NCBI RefSeq assembly: GCF_036321535.1
Contig: NC_087436.1
Location: 1,116,001-1,180,000, forward strand
Reading direction: 5' to 3'
Length of the DNA: 64,000 nt
Origin: Camelus dromedarius
Taxonomy: Eukaryota
Shown here: piece after piece, positions 38,926 through 53,000 of the stretch
How the letters are laid out: every line of letters starts with the position of its first letter
How positions within the stretch are numbered: the stretch's first letter is position 1
Position numbers and translations under genes: made by a program
The notes under the pieces: model-generated
Told to the model about the DNA's origin: nothing
The model's input: only the letters and a program-made list of their open reading frames with translations
The model's database searches: none

Positions 38926-41900
38926 CACTTATCTCTCAGAACTGAGCAAGTGGAGATACGTTCGTTCATCCAGCACCAAGGGAACGGGTTGCAGGAGACA
39001 CGTTTTCTCTGCTTTCTCAGTCTGTTTCCTAGTGCCGGTTTGAAGTTCCTGCAGTTTTCACTGTAAAACCGAGTTGGAGCTTCTACCTCCCCATATATAT
39101 GTATGGAATGGAGTTTGCAACTGAAAAGAAACTTTGTGTTCCCAACAAGATAGGTGAAGGACGGCTTTCACACACACTTATCTCTCAGAACTGAGCAAGT
39201 GGAGAGGCGTTCGTTCATCTAGCACCAAGGGAACGGGTTGCAGGAGACACTTTTTCTCTGCTTTCTCAGTCTGTTTCCTAGTGCCGGTTTGAAGTTCCTG
39301 TAGTTTTCACTGTAAAACCGAGTTGGAGCTTCTACCTCCCCATATATATGTTTGGAATGGAGTTTGCAACTTAAAAGAAACTTTGTGTTCCCAACAAGCT
39401 AGTTGAAGGACGGCTTTCACACACACATATCTCTCAGAACAGAGCAATTTGAGAGACGTTCGTTCATCTAGCACCAAGGGAACGGGTTGCAGGGGACACT
39501 TTTTCTCTGCTTTCTCAGTCTGTTTCCTAGTGCCGGTTTGAAGTTCCTGCAGTTTTCACTGTGAAACCGAGTTGGAGCTAGTACCTCCCCATATATATGT
39601 ATGGAATGGAGTTTGCAACTGAAAAGAAACTTTGTGTTCCCAACAAGCTAGGTGAAGGACGGCTTTCACACACACTTATCTCTCGGAACAGAGCAATTGG
39701 AGAGACGTTCGTTCATCTAGCACCAAGGGAACGGGTTGCAGGGACACTTTTTCTCTGTTTTCTCAGTCTGTTTCCTAGTGCCGGTTTGAAGTTCCTGCAG
39801 TTTTCACTGTCAAACCGAGTTGGAGCTTGTACCTACCCATATATATGTATGGAATGGAGTTTGCAACTGAAAAGAAACTTTGTGTTCCCAACAAGCTAGG
39901 TGAAGGACGGCTTTCACACACATTTATCTCTCAGAACTGAGCAAGTGGAGAGACGTTCGTTCATGTAGCACCAAGGGAACGGGTTGCAGGAGACACTTTT
40001 TCTCTGCTTTCTCAGTCTGTTTCCTAGTGCCGGTTTGAAGTTCCTGCAGTTTTCACTGTCAAACCGAGTTGGAGCTAGTACCTCCCCATATATATGTATG
40101 GAATGGAGTTTGCAACTGAAAAGAAACTTTGTGTTCCCAACAAGCTAGGTGAAGGACGGCTTTCACACACAGTTATCTCTCAGAACTGAGCAAGTGGAGA
40201 GACGTTCGTTCATGTAGCACCAAGGGAACGGGTTGCAGGATACACTTTTTCTCTGCTTTCTCAGTTTGTTTCCTAGAGCCGGTTTGAAGTTCCTGCAGTT
40301 TTCACTGTAAAACCGAGTTGGAGCTCCTACCACCCCATATATATGTATGGAATGGAGTTTGCAACTGAAAAGAAACTTTGTGTTCCCAACAAGCAATGTG
40401 AAGGACGGCTTTCACACACACTTATTTCTCAGAACTGAGCAAGTGGAGAGACGTTCGTTCATCTAGCACCAAGGGAACGGGTTGCAAGAGACACTTTTTC
40501 TCTGCTTTCTCAGTCTATTTCCTAGTGCCGGTTTGAAGTTCCTGCAGTTTTCACTGTCAAACCGAGTTGGAGCTAGTACCTCCCCTTATATATGTATGGA
40601 ATGGAGTTTGCAACTGAAAAGAAACTTTGTGTTCCCAACAAGCTAGGTGAAGGACGGCTTTCACACACACTTATCTCTCAGAACTTAGCAAGTGGAGAGA
40701 CGTTCTTTCATGTAGCACCAAGAGAACGGGTTGCAGGAGACACTTTTTCTCTGCTTTCTCTGTCTGTTTCCTAGTGCCGGTTTGAAGTTCCTGCAGCTTT
40801 CACTGTAAAACCGTGTTGGAGCTTGTACCTCCCCATATATATGTATGGAATGGAGTTTGCAACTGAAAAGAAACTTTGTGTTCCCAACAAGCTAGGTGAA
40901 GGACGGCTTTCACACACACTTATCTCTCAGAACTGATCAAGTGGAGAGACGTTCGTTCATCTAGCACCAATGGAACGGGTTGCAGGAGACACTTTTTCTC
41001 TGCTTTCTCAGTCTGTTTCCTAGTGCCGGTTTGAAGTTCCTGCAGTTTTCACTGTAAAACCGTGTTGGAGCTTGTACCTCCCCATATATATGTATGGAAT
41101 GGAGTTTGCAACTGAAAAGAAACTTTGTGTTCCCAACAAGGTAGGTGAAGGACGGCTTTCACACACACTTATCTCTCAGAACTGATCAAGTGGAGAGACG
41201 TTCGTTCATCTAGCACCAAGGGAACGGGTTGCAGGAGACACTTTTTCTCTGCTTTCTCAGTCTGTTTCATAGTGCCGGTTTGAAGTTCCTGCAGTTTTCA
41301 CTGTAAAACCGTGTTGGAGCTTGTACCTCCCCATATATATGTATGGAATGGAGTTTGCAACTGAAAAGAAACTTTGTGTTCCCAACAAGCTAGGTGAAGG
41401 ACGGCTTTCACACACACTTATCTCTCAGAACTGATCAAGTGGAGAGACGTTCGTTCATCTAGCACCAAGGGAACGGGTTGCAGGAGACACTTTTTCTCTG
41501 CTTTCTCAGTCTGTTTCCTAGTGCCGGTTTGAAGTTCCTGCAGTTTTCACTGTAAAACCGAGTTGGAGCTTCTACCTCCCCATATATATGTATGGAATGG
41601 AGTTTGCAACTGAAAAGAAACTTTGTGTTCCCAACAAGGTAGGTGAAGAACGGCTTTCACACACACTTATCTCTCAGAACAGAGCAAGTGGAGAGACGTT
41701 CGTTCATCTAGCACAAAGGGAACGGGTTGCAGGAGACACTTTTTCTCTGCTTTCTCAGTCTGTTTCCTAGTGCCGGTTTGAAGTTCCTGCAGTTTTCACT
41801 GTAAAACCGAGTTGGAGCTTCTACCTCCCCATATATATGTATGGAATGGAGTTTGCAACTGAAAAGAAACTTTGTGTTCCCAACAAGCTAGGTGAATGAC

Positions 41901-42299
41901 GGCTTTCACACACACTTATCTCTCAGAACAGAGCAAGTGGAGAGACGTTCGTTCATCTAGCACCAAGGGAACGGGTTGCAGGAGACACTTTTTCTCTGCT
42001 TTCTCAGTCTGTTTCCTAGTGCCGGTTTGAAGTTCCTGCAGTTTTCACTGTAAAACCGAGTTGGAGTTTGTACCTCCCCATATATATGTATGGAATGGAG
42101 TTTGCAACTGAAAAGAAACTTTGTGTTCCCAACAAGCTAGGTGAAGTACGGCTTTCACACACACTTATCTCTCAGAACTGAGCAAGTGGAGAGACGTTCC
42201 TTCATCCAGCACGAAGGGAACGGGTTGCAGGAGACACGTTTTCTCTGCTTTCTCAGTCTGTTTCCTAGTGCCGGTTTGAAGTTCCTGCATTTATCACTG

Positions 42300-43700
42300 T
42301 AAAACCGAGTTGGAGCTTGTACCTCCCCATATATATGTATGGAATGGAGTTTGCAACTGAAAAGAAACTTTGTGTTCCCAACAATCTAGGTGAAGGACGG
42401 CTTTCACACACACTTATCTCTCAGAACAGAGCAAGTGGAGAGACGTTCGTTCATCTAGCACCAAGGGAACGGGTTGCAGGAGACACTTTTTCTCTGCTTT
42501 CTCAGTCTGATTCCTAGTGCCGGTTTGAAGTTCCTGCAGTTTTCACTGTGAAACCGAGTTGGAGCTTCTACCTCCCCATATATATGTATGGAATGGAGTT
42601 TGCAACTGAAAAGAAACTTTGTGTTCCCAACAAGCTAGGTGAAGGACGGCTTTCACACACACTTATCTCTCAGAACAGAGCAAGTGGAGAGACGTTCGTT
42701 CATCTAGCACCAAGGGACTGGGTTGCAGGAGACACTTTTTCTCTGCTTTCTCAGTCTGTTTCCTAGTGCCGTTTTGAAGTTCCTGCAGTTTTCACTGTAA
42801 AACCGAGTTGGAGCTTCTACCTCCCCATATATATGTATGGAATGGAGTTTGCAACTGAAAAGAAACTTTGTGTTCCCAACAAGCTAGGTGAAGCACTGCT
42901 TTCACACACACTTATCTCTCAGAACAGAGCAAGTGGAGAGACGTTCGTTCATCTAGCACCAAGGGAACGGGTTGCAGGAGACACTTTTTCTCTGCTTTCT
43001 CAGTCTGTTTCCTAGTGCCGGTTTGAAGTTCCTGCAGTTTTCACTGTAAAACCGAGTTGGAGCTTGTACCTCCCCATATATATGTGTGGAATGGAGTTTG
43101 CAACTGAAAAGAAACTTTGTGTTCCCAACAATCTAGGTGAAGGACGGCTTTCACACACACTTATCTCTCAGAACAGAGCAAGTGGAGAGACGTTCGTTCA
43201 TCTAGCACCAAGGGAACGGGTTGCAGGAGACACTTTTTCTCTGCTTTCTCAGTCTGATTCCTAGTGCCGGTTTGAAGTTCCTGCAGTTTTCACTGTGAAA
43301 CCGAGTTGGAGCTTCTACCTCCCCATATATATGTATGGAATGGAGTTTGCAACTGAAAAGAAACTTTGTGTTCCCAACAAGCTAGGTGAAGGACGGCTTT
43401 CACACACACTTATCTCTCAGAACAGAGCAAGTGGAGAGACGTTCGTTCATCTAGCACCAAGGGACTGGGTTGCAGGAGACACTTTTTCTCTGCTTTCTCA
43501 GTCTGTTTCCTAGTGCCGTTTTGAAGTTCCTGCAGTTTTCACTGTAAAACCGAGTTGGAGCTTCTACCTCCCCATATATATGTATGGAATGGAGTTTGCA
43601 ACTGAAAAGAAACTTTGTGTTCCCAACAAGCTAGGTGAAGCACTGCTTTCACACACACTTATCTCTCAGAACAGAGCAAGTGGAGAGACGTTCGTTCATC
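42300..43700. repeat. Tandem duplication, ~2 x 3 monomers (747 bp)
   Basis: ORF pairs: 42317/43064, 42548/43295, 42833/43580. Shared private markers: gggactgg, gccgtttt, gaagcactg. Confidence 0.9.
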
Positions 43701-44399
43701 CAGCACCAAGGGAACGGGTTGCAGGAGACACGTTTTCTCTGCTTTCTCAGTCTGTTTCCTAGTGCCGGTTTGAAGTTCCTGCAGTTATCACTGTAAAACC
43801 GAGTTGGAGCTTGTACCTCCCCATATATATGTATGGAATGGAGTTTGCAACTGAAAAGAAACTTTGTGTTCCCAACAAGCTAGGTGAAGGACGGCTTTCA
43901 CACACACTTATCTCTCAGAACTGAGCAAGTGGAGAGACGTTCGTTCATGTAGCACCAAGGGAACGGGTTGCAGGAGACACTTTTTCTCTGCTTTCTCAGT
44001 CTGTTTCCTAGTGCCGGTTAGAAGTTCCTGCAGTTTTCACTGTCAAACCGAGTTGGAGCTAGTACCTCCCCTTATATATGTATGGAATGGAGTTGGCAAG
44101 TGAAAAGAAACTTTGTGTTCCCAACAAGCTAGGTGAAGGACGGCTTTCACACACACTTATCTCTCAGAACTGATCAAGTGGAGAGACGTTCGTTCATCTA
44201 GCACCAAGGGAACGGGTTGCAGGAGACACTTTTTCTCTGCTTTCTCAGTCTGTTTCCTAGTGCCGGTTTGAAGTTCCTGCAGTTTTCACTGTAAAACCGA
44301 GTTGGAGCTTGTACCTCCCCATATATATGTATGGAATGGAGTTTGCAACTGAAAAGAAACTTTGTGTTCCCAACAAGCTAGGTGAAGGACGGCTTTCAC

Positions 44400-47300
44400 A
44401 CACACTTATCTCTCAGAACAGAGCAAGTGGAGAGACGTTCGTTCATCTAGCACCAAGGGAACGGGTTGCAGGAGACACTTTTTCTCTGCTTTCTCAGTCT
44501 GTTTCCTAGTGCCGGTTTGAAGTTCCTGCAGTTTTCACTGTAAAACCGAGTTGGAGCTTCTACCTCCCCATATATATGTATGGAATGGAGTTTGAAACTG
44601 AAAAGAAACTTTTTGTTCCCAACAAGCTAGGTGAAGGACGGCTTTCACACACACTTATCTCTCAGAACTGAGCAAGTGGAGAGACGTTCGTTCATCTAGC
44701 ACCAAGGGAACGGGTTGCAGGAGACACTTTCTCTCTGCTTCCTCAGTCTGTTTCCTAGTGCCGGTTTGAAGTTCCTGCAGTTTTCACTGTAAAACCGAGT
44801 TGGAGCTTCTACCTCCCCATATATATGTATGGAATGGAGTTTGCAACTGAAAAGAAACTTTGTGATCCCAACAAGCTAGTTGAAGGACGGCTTTCACACA
44901 CACATATCTCTCAGAACTGAGCAAGTGGAGAGACGTTCGTTCATCTAGCACCAAGGGAACGGGTTGCAGGAGACACTTTTTCTCTGCTTTCTCAGTCTGT
45001 TTCCTAGTGCCGGTTTGAAGTTCCTGCAGTTTTCACTGTCAAACCGAGTTGGAGCTAGTACCTCCCCATATATATGTATGGAATGGAGTTTGCAACTGAA
45101 AAGAAACTTTGTGTTCCCAACAAGCTAGGTGAAGGACGGCTTTCACACACATTTATCTCTCAGAACTGAGCAAGTGGAGAGACGTTCGTTCATGTAGCAC
45201 CAAGGGAACGGGTTGCAGGAGACACTTTTTCTCTGCTTTCTCAGTCTGTTTCCTAGTGCCGGTTAGAAGTTCCTGCAGTTTTCACTGTCAAACCGAGTTG
45301 GAGCTAGTACCTCCCCTTATATATGTATGGAATGGAGTTGGCAAGTGAAAAGAAGCTTTGTGTTCCCAACAAGCTAGGTGAAGGACGGCTTTCACACACA
45401 CTTATCTCTCAGAACTGAGCAAGTGGAGAGACGTTCTTTCATGTAGCACCTAGGGAACGGGTTGCAGGAGACACTTTTTCTCTGCTTTCTCAGTCTGTTT
45501 CCTAGTGCCGGTTTGAAGTTCCTGCAGTTTTCACTGTAAAACCGTGTTGGAGCTTGTACCTCCCCATATATATGTATGGAATGGAGTTTGCAACTGAAAA
45601 GAAACTTTGTGTTCCCAACAAGCTAGGTGAAGGACGGCTTTCACACACACTTATCTCTCAGAACTGATCAAGTGGAGAGACGTTCGTTCATCTAGCACCA
45701 AGGGAACGGGTTGCAGGAGACACTTTTTCTCTGCTTTCTCAGTCTGTTTCCTAGTGCCGGTTTGAAGTTCCTGCAGTTTTCACTGTGAAACCGAGTTGGA
45801 GCTTCTACCTCCCCATATATATGTATGGAATGGTGTTTGCAACTGAAAAGAAACTTTGTGTTCCCAACAAGCTAGGTGAAGGACGGCTTTCACACACACT
45901 TATCTCTCAGAACAGAGCAAGTGGAGAGACGTTCGTTCATCTAGCACCAAGGGAACGGGTTGCAGGAGTCACTTTTTCTCTGCTTTCTCAGTCTGTTTCC
46001 TAGTGCCGGTTTGAAGTTCCTGCAGTTTTCACTGTAAAACCGAGTTGGAGCTTCTACCTCCCCATATATATGTATGGAATGGAGTTTGCAACTGAAAAGA
46101 AACTTTGTGTTCCCAACAAGCTAGGTGAAGGACGGCTTTCACACACACTTATCTCTCAGAACAGAGCAAGTGGAGAGACGTTCGTTCATCTAGCACCAAG
46201 GGAACGGGTTGCAGGAGACACTTTTTCTCTGCTTTCTCAGTCTGTTTCCTAGTGCCGGTTTGAAGTTCCTGCAGTTTTCACTGTGAAACCGAGTTGGAGC
46301 TAGTACCTCCCCATATATATGTATGGAATGGAGTTTGCAACTGAAAAGAAACTTTGTGTTCCCAACAAGCTAGTTGAAGGACGGCTTTCACACACACATA
46401 TCTCTCAGAACTGAGCAAGTGGAGAGACGTTCGTTCATCTAGCACCAAGGGAACGGGTTGCAGGAGACACTTTTTCTCTGCTTCCTCAGTCTGTTTCCTA
46501 GTGCCGGTTTTAAGTTCGTGCAGTTTTCACTGTAAAACCGAGTTGGAGCTTGTACCTCCCCATATATATGTATGGAATGGAGTTTGCAACTGAAAAGAAA
46601 CTTTGTGTTCCCAACAAGCTAGGTGAAGGACGGCTTTCACACACACTTATCTCTCAGAACAGAGCAAGTGGAGAGACGTTCGTTCATCTAGCACCAAGGG
46701 AACGGGTTGCAGGAGACACTTTTTCTCTGTTTCTCAGTCTGTTTCCTAGTGCCGGTTTGAAGTTCCTGCAGTTTTCACTGTCAAACCGAGTTGGAGCTAG
46801 TACCTCCCCATATATATGTATGGAATGGAGTTTGCAACTGAAAAGAAACTTTGTGTTCCCAACAAGCTAGGTGAAGGACGGCTTTCACACATATTTATCT
46901 CTCAGAACTGAGCAAGAGGAGAGACGTTCGTTCATGTAGCACCAAGGGAACGGGTTGCAGGAGACACTTTTTCTCTGCTTTCTCAGTCTGTTTCCTAGTG
47001 CCGGTTAGAAGTTCCTGCAGTTTTCACTGTCAAACCGAGTTGGAGCTAGTACCTCCCCTTATATATGTATGGAATGGAGTTTGCAACTGAAAAGAAACTT
47101 TGTGTTCCCAACAAGCTAGGTGAAGGACGGCTTTCACACATATTTATCTCTCAGAACTGAGCAAGAGGAGAGACGTTCGTTCATGTAGCACCAAGGGAAC
47201 GGGTTGCAGGAGACACTTTTTCTCTGCTTTCTCAGTCTGTTTCCTAGTGCCGGTTAGAAGTTCCTGCAGTTTTCACTGTCAAACCGAGTTGGAGCTAGTA

Positions 47301-50030
47301 CCTTCCCTTATATATGTATGGAATGGAGTTGGCAAGTGAAAAGAAACTTTGTGTTCCCAACAAGCTAGGTGAAGGACGGCTTTCACACACACTTATCTCT
47401 CAGAACAGAGCAAGTGGAGAGACGTTCGTTCATCTAGCACCAAGGGAACGGGTTGCAGGAGACACTTTTTCTCTGCTTTCTCAGTCTGTTTCCTAGTGCC
47501 GGTTTGAAGTTCCTGCAGTTTTCACTGTAAAACCGAGTTGGAGCTTCTACCTCCCCATATATATGTATGGAATGGAGTTTGAAACTGAAAAGAAACTTTT
47601 TGTTCCCAACAAGCTAGGTGAAGGACGGCTTTCACACACACTTATCTCTCAGAACTGAGCAAGTGGAGAGACGTTCGTTCATCTAGCACCAAGGGAACGG
47701 GTTGCAGGAGACACTTTCTCTCTGCTTCCTCAGTCTGATTCCTAGTGCCGGTTTGAAGTTCCTGCAGTTTTCACTGTAAAACCGAGTTGGAGCTTCTACC
47801 TCCCCATATATATGTATGGAATGGAGTTTGCAACTGAAAAGAAACTTTGTGTTCCCAACAAGCTAGTTGAAGGACGGCTTTCACACACACATATCTCTCA
47901 GAACTGAGCAAGTGGAGAGACGTTCGTTCATCTAGCACCAAGGGAACGGGTTGCAGGAGACACTTTTTCTCTGCTTTCTCAGTCTGTTTCCTAGTGCCGG
48001 TTTGAAGTTCCTGCAGTTTTCACTGTCAAACCGAGTTGGAGCTAGTACCTCCCCATATATATGTATGGAATGGAGTTTGCAACTGAAAAGAAACTTTGTG
48101 TTCCCAACAAGCTAGGTGAAGGACGGCTTTCACACACATTTATCTCTCAGAACTGAGCAAGTGGAGAGACGTTCGTTCATGTAGCACCAAGGGAACGGGT
48201 TGCAGGAGACACTTTTTCTCTGCTTTCTCAGTCTGTTTCCTAGTGCCGGTTAGAAGTTCCTGCAGTTTTCACTGTCAAACCGAGTTGGAGCTAGTACCTC
48301 CCCTTATATATGTATGGAATGGAGTTGGCAAGTGAAAAGAAGCTTTGTGTTCCCAACAAGCTAGGTGAAGGACGGCTTTCACACACACTTATCTCTCAGA
48401 ACTGAGCAAGTGGAGAGACGTTCTTTCATGTAGCACCAAGGGAACGGGTTGCAGGAGACACTTTTTCTCTGCTTTCTCAGTCTGTTTCCTAGTGCCGGTT
48501 TGAAGTTCCTGCAGTTTTCACTGTAAAACCGTGTTGGAGCTTGTACCTCCCCATATATATGTATGGAATGGAGTTTGCAACTGAAAAGAAACTTTGTGTT
48601 CCCAACAAGCTAGGTGAAGGACGGCTTTCACACACACTTATCTCTCAGAACTGATCAAGTGGAGAGACGTTCGTTCATCTAGCACCAAGGGAACGGGTTG
48701 CAGGAGACACTTTTTCTCTGCTTTCTCAGTCTGTTTCCTAGTGCCGGTTTGAAGTTCCTGCAGTTTTCACTGTGAAACCGAGTTGGAGCTTCTACCTCCC
48801 CATATATATGTATGGAATGGTGTTTGCAACTGAAAAGAAACTTTGTGTTCCCAACAAGCTAGGTGAAGGACGGCTTTCACACACACTTATCTCTCAGAAC
48901 AGAGCAAGTGGAGAGACGTTCGTTCATCTAGCACCAAGGGAACGGGTTGCAGGAGTCACTTTTTCTCTGCTTTCTCAGTCTGTTTCCTAGTGCCGGTTTG
49001 AAGTTCCTGCAGTTTTCACTGTAAAACCGAGTTGGAGCTTCTACCTCCCCATATATATGTATGGAATGGAGTTTGCAACTGAAAAGAAACTTTGTGTTCC
49101 CAACAAGCTAGGTGAAGGACGGCTTTCACACACACTTATCTCTCAGAACAGAGCAAGTGGAGAGACGTTCGTTCATCTAGCACCAAGGGAACGGGTTGCA
49201 GGAGACACTTTTTCTCTGCTTTCTCAGTCTGTTTCCTAGTGCCGGTTTGAAGTTCCTGCAGTTTTCACTGTGAAACCGAGTTGGAGCTAGTACCTCCCCA
49301 TATATATGTATGGAATGGAGTTTGCAACTGAAAAGAAACTTTGTGTTCCCAACAAGCTAGTTGAAGGACGGCTTTCACACACACATATCTCTCAGAACTG
49401 AGCAAGTGGAGAGACGTTCGTTCATCTAGCACCAAGGGAACGGGTTGCAGGAGACACTTTTTCTCTGCTTCCTCAGTCTGTTTCCTAGTGCCGGTTTTAA
49501 GTTCGTGCAGTTTTCACTGTAAAACCGAGTTGGAGCTTGTACCTCCCCATATATATGTATGGAATGGAGTTTGCAACTGAAAAGAAACTTTGTGTTCCCA
49601 ACAAGCTAGGTGAAGGACGGCTTTCACACACACTTATCTCTCAGAACAGAGCAAGTGGAGAGACGTTCGTTCATCTAGCACCAAGGGAACGGGTTTCAGG
49701 AGACACTTTTTCTCTGTTTCTCAGTCTGTTTCCTAGTGCCGGTTTGAAGTTCCTGCAGTTTTCAATGTCAAACCGAGTTGGAGCTAGTACCTCCCCATAT
49801 ATATGTATGGAATGGAGTTTGCAACTGAAAAGAAACTTTGTGTTCCCAACAAGCTAGGTGAAGGACGGCTTTCACACATATTTATCTCTCAGAACTGAGC
49901 AAGAGGAGAGACGTTCGTTCATGTAGCACCAAGGGAACGGGTTGCAGGAGACACTTTTTCTCTGCTTTCTCAGTCTGTTTCCTAGTGCCGGTTAGAAGTT
50001 CCTGCAGTTTTCACTGTCAAACCGAGTTGG
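44400..50030. repeat. 12-monomer-offset duplication (2987 bp, includes a 248-bp unit)
   Basis: ORF pairs: 45785/48772, 46070/49057, 46550/49537. Shared markers: aactttttgtt, ggagtcac, ggttttaag and the same 1-bp deletion. Confidence 0.88.
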
Positions 50031-53000
50031 AGCTAGTACCTACCCATATATATGTATGGAATGGAGTTTGCAACTGAAAAGAAACTTTGTGTTCCCAACA
50101 AGCTAGGTGAAGGACGGCTTTCACACACACTTATCTCTCAGAACTGAGCAAGTGGAGAGACGTTCGTTCATCTAGCACCAAGGGAACGGGTTGCAGGTGA
50201 CACTTTTTCTCTGCTTTCTCAGTATATTTCCTAGTGCCGGTTTGAAGTTCCTGCAGTTTTCACTGTCAAACCGAGTTGGAGCTAGTACCTCCCCTTATAT
50301 ATGTATGGAATGGAGTTGGCAACTGAAAAGAAACTTTGTGTTCCCAACAAGCTAGGTGAAGGACGGCTTTCACACACACTTATCTCTCAGAACTTAGCAA
50401 GTGGAGAGACGTTCTTTCATGTAGCACCAAGGGAACGGGTTGCAGGAGACACTTTTTCTCTGCTTTCTCAGTCTGTTTCCTAGTGCCGGTTTGAAGTTCC
50501 TGCAGTTTTCACTGTAAAACCGTGTTGGAGCTTGTACCTCCCCATATATATGTATGGAATGGTGTTTGCAACTGAAAAGAAACTTTGTGTTCCCAACAAG
50601 CTAGGTGAAGGACGGCTTTCACACACACTTATCTCTCAGAACTGATCAAGTGGAGAGACGTTCGTTCATCTAGCACCAAGGGAACGGGTTGCAGGAGACA
50701 CTTTTTCTCTGCTTTCTCAGTCTGTTTCCTAGTGCCGGTTTGAAGTTCCTGCAGTTTTCACTGTAAAAACGAGTTGGAGCTTCTACCTCCCCATATATAT
50801 GTATGGAATGGAGTTTGCAACTGAAAAGAAACTTTGTGTTCCCAACAAGCTAGCTGAAGGACGGCTTTCACACACACTTATCTCTCAGAACAGAGCAAGT
50901 GGAGAGACGTTCGTTCATCTAGCACCAAGGGAACTGGTTGCAGGAGACACTTTTTCTCTGCTTTCTCATTCTGTTTCCTAGTGCCGGTTTGAAGTTCCTG
51001 CAGTTTTCACTGTAAAACCGTGTTGGAGCTTGTACCTCCCCATATATATGTATGGAATGGAGTTTGCAACTGAAAAGAAACTTTGTGTTCCCAACAAGCT
51101 AGGTGAAGGACGGCTTTCACACACACTTATCTCTCAGAACTGATCAAGTGGAGAGACGTTCGTTCATCTAGCACCAAGGGAACGGGTTGCAGGAGACACT
51201 TTTTCTCTGCTTTCTCAGTCTGTTTCCTAGTGCCGGTTTGAAGTTCCTGCAGTTTTCACTGTAAAACCGAGTTGGAGCTTCTACCTCCCCATATATATGT
51301 ATGGAATGGAGTTTGCAACTGAAAAGAAACTTTGTGTTCCCAACAAGCTAGCTGAAGGACGGCTTTCACACACACTTATCTCTCAGAACAGAGCAAGTGG
51401 AGAGACGTTCGTTCATCTAGCACCAAGGGAACTGGTTGCAGGAGACACTTTTTCTCTGCTTTCTCATTCTGTTTCCTAGTGCCGGTTTGAAGTTCCTGCA
51501 GTTTTCACTCTAAAACCGAGTTGGAGCTTGTACCTCCCCATATATATGTATGGAATGGAGTTTGCAACTGAAAAGAAACTTTGTGTTCCCAACAAGCTAG
51601 GTGAAGGACGGCTTTCACACACACTTATCTCTCAGAACTGAGCAAGTGGAGAGACGTTCGTTCATCTAGCACCAAGGGAACGGGTTGCAGGAGACACTTT
51701 TTCTCTGCTTTCTCAGTCTGTTTCCTAGTGCCGGTTTGAAGTTCGTGCAGTTTTCACTGTCAAACCGAGTTGGAGCTTGTACCTCCCCATATATATGTAT
51801 GGAATGGAGTTTGCAACTGAAAAGAAACTTTGTGTTCCCAACAAGCTAGGTGAAGGACGGCTTTCACACCCACTTATCTCTCAGAACTGAGCAAGTGGAG
51901 AGACGTTCGTTCATCCAGCACCAAGGGAACGGGTTGCAGGAGACACTTTTTCTCTGCTTTCTCAGTCTGTTTCCTAGTGCCGGTTTGAAGTTCCTGCAGT
52001 TTTCACTGTGAAACCGAGTTGGAGCTAGTACCTCCCCATATATATGTATGGAATGGAGTTTGAAACTGAAAAGAAACTTTGTGTTCCCAACAAGCTAGTT
52101 GAAGGACGGCTTTCACACACACATATCTCTCAGAACTGAGCAAGTGGAGAGACGTTCGTTCATCTAGCACCAAGGGAACGGGTTGCATGAGAAACTTTTT
52201 CTCTGCTTCCTCAGTCTGTTTCCTAGTGCCGGTTTGAAGTTCGTGCAGTTTTCACTGTAAAACCGAGTTGGAGCTTGTACCTCCCCATATATATGTATGG
52301 AATGGAGTTTGCAACTGAAAAGAAACTTTGTGTTCCCAACAAGCTTGGTGAAGGACGGCTTTCACACACACTTAACTCTCAGAACTGAGCAAGTGGAGAG
52401 ACGTTCGTTCATCCAGCACCAAGGGAACGGGTTGCAGGAGACACGTTTTCTCTGCTTTCTCAGTCTGTTTCCTAGTGCCGGTTTGAAGTTCCTGCAGTTA
52501 TCACTGTAAAACCGATTTGGAGCTTGTACCTCCCCATATATATGTATGGAATGGAGTTTGCAACTGAAAAGAAACTTTGTGTTCCCAACAAGCTAGGTGA
52601 AGGACGGCTTTCACACACACTTATCTCTCAGAACTGAGCAACTGGAGAGACGTTCGTTCATCTAGCACCAAGGGAACGGGTTGCAGGAGACACTTTTTCT
52701 CTGTTTTCTCAGTCTGTTTCCTAGTGCCGGTTTGAAGTTCCTGCAGTTTTCACTGTGAAACCGAGTTGGAGCTAGTACCTCCCCATATATATGTATGGAA
52801 TGGAGTTTGCAACTGAAAAGAAACTTTGTGTTCCCAACAAGATAGTTGAAGGACGGCTTTCACACACACATATCTCTCAGAACTGAGCAAGTGGAGAGAC
52901 GTTCGTTCATCCAGCACCAAGGGAACGGGTTGCAGGAGACACGTTTTCTCTGCTTTCTCAGTCTGTTTCCTAGTGCCGGTTTGAAGTTCCTGCAGTTATC

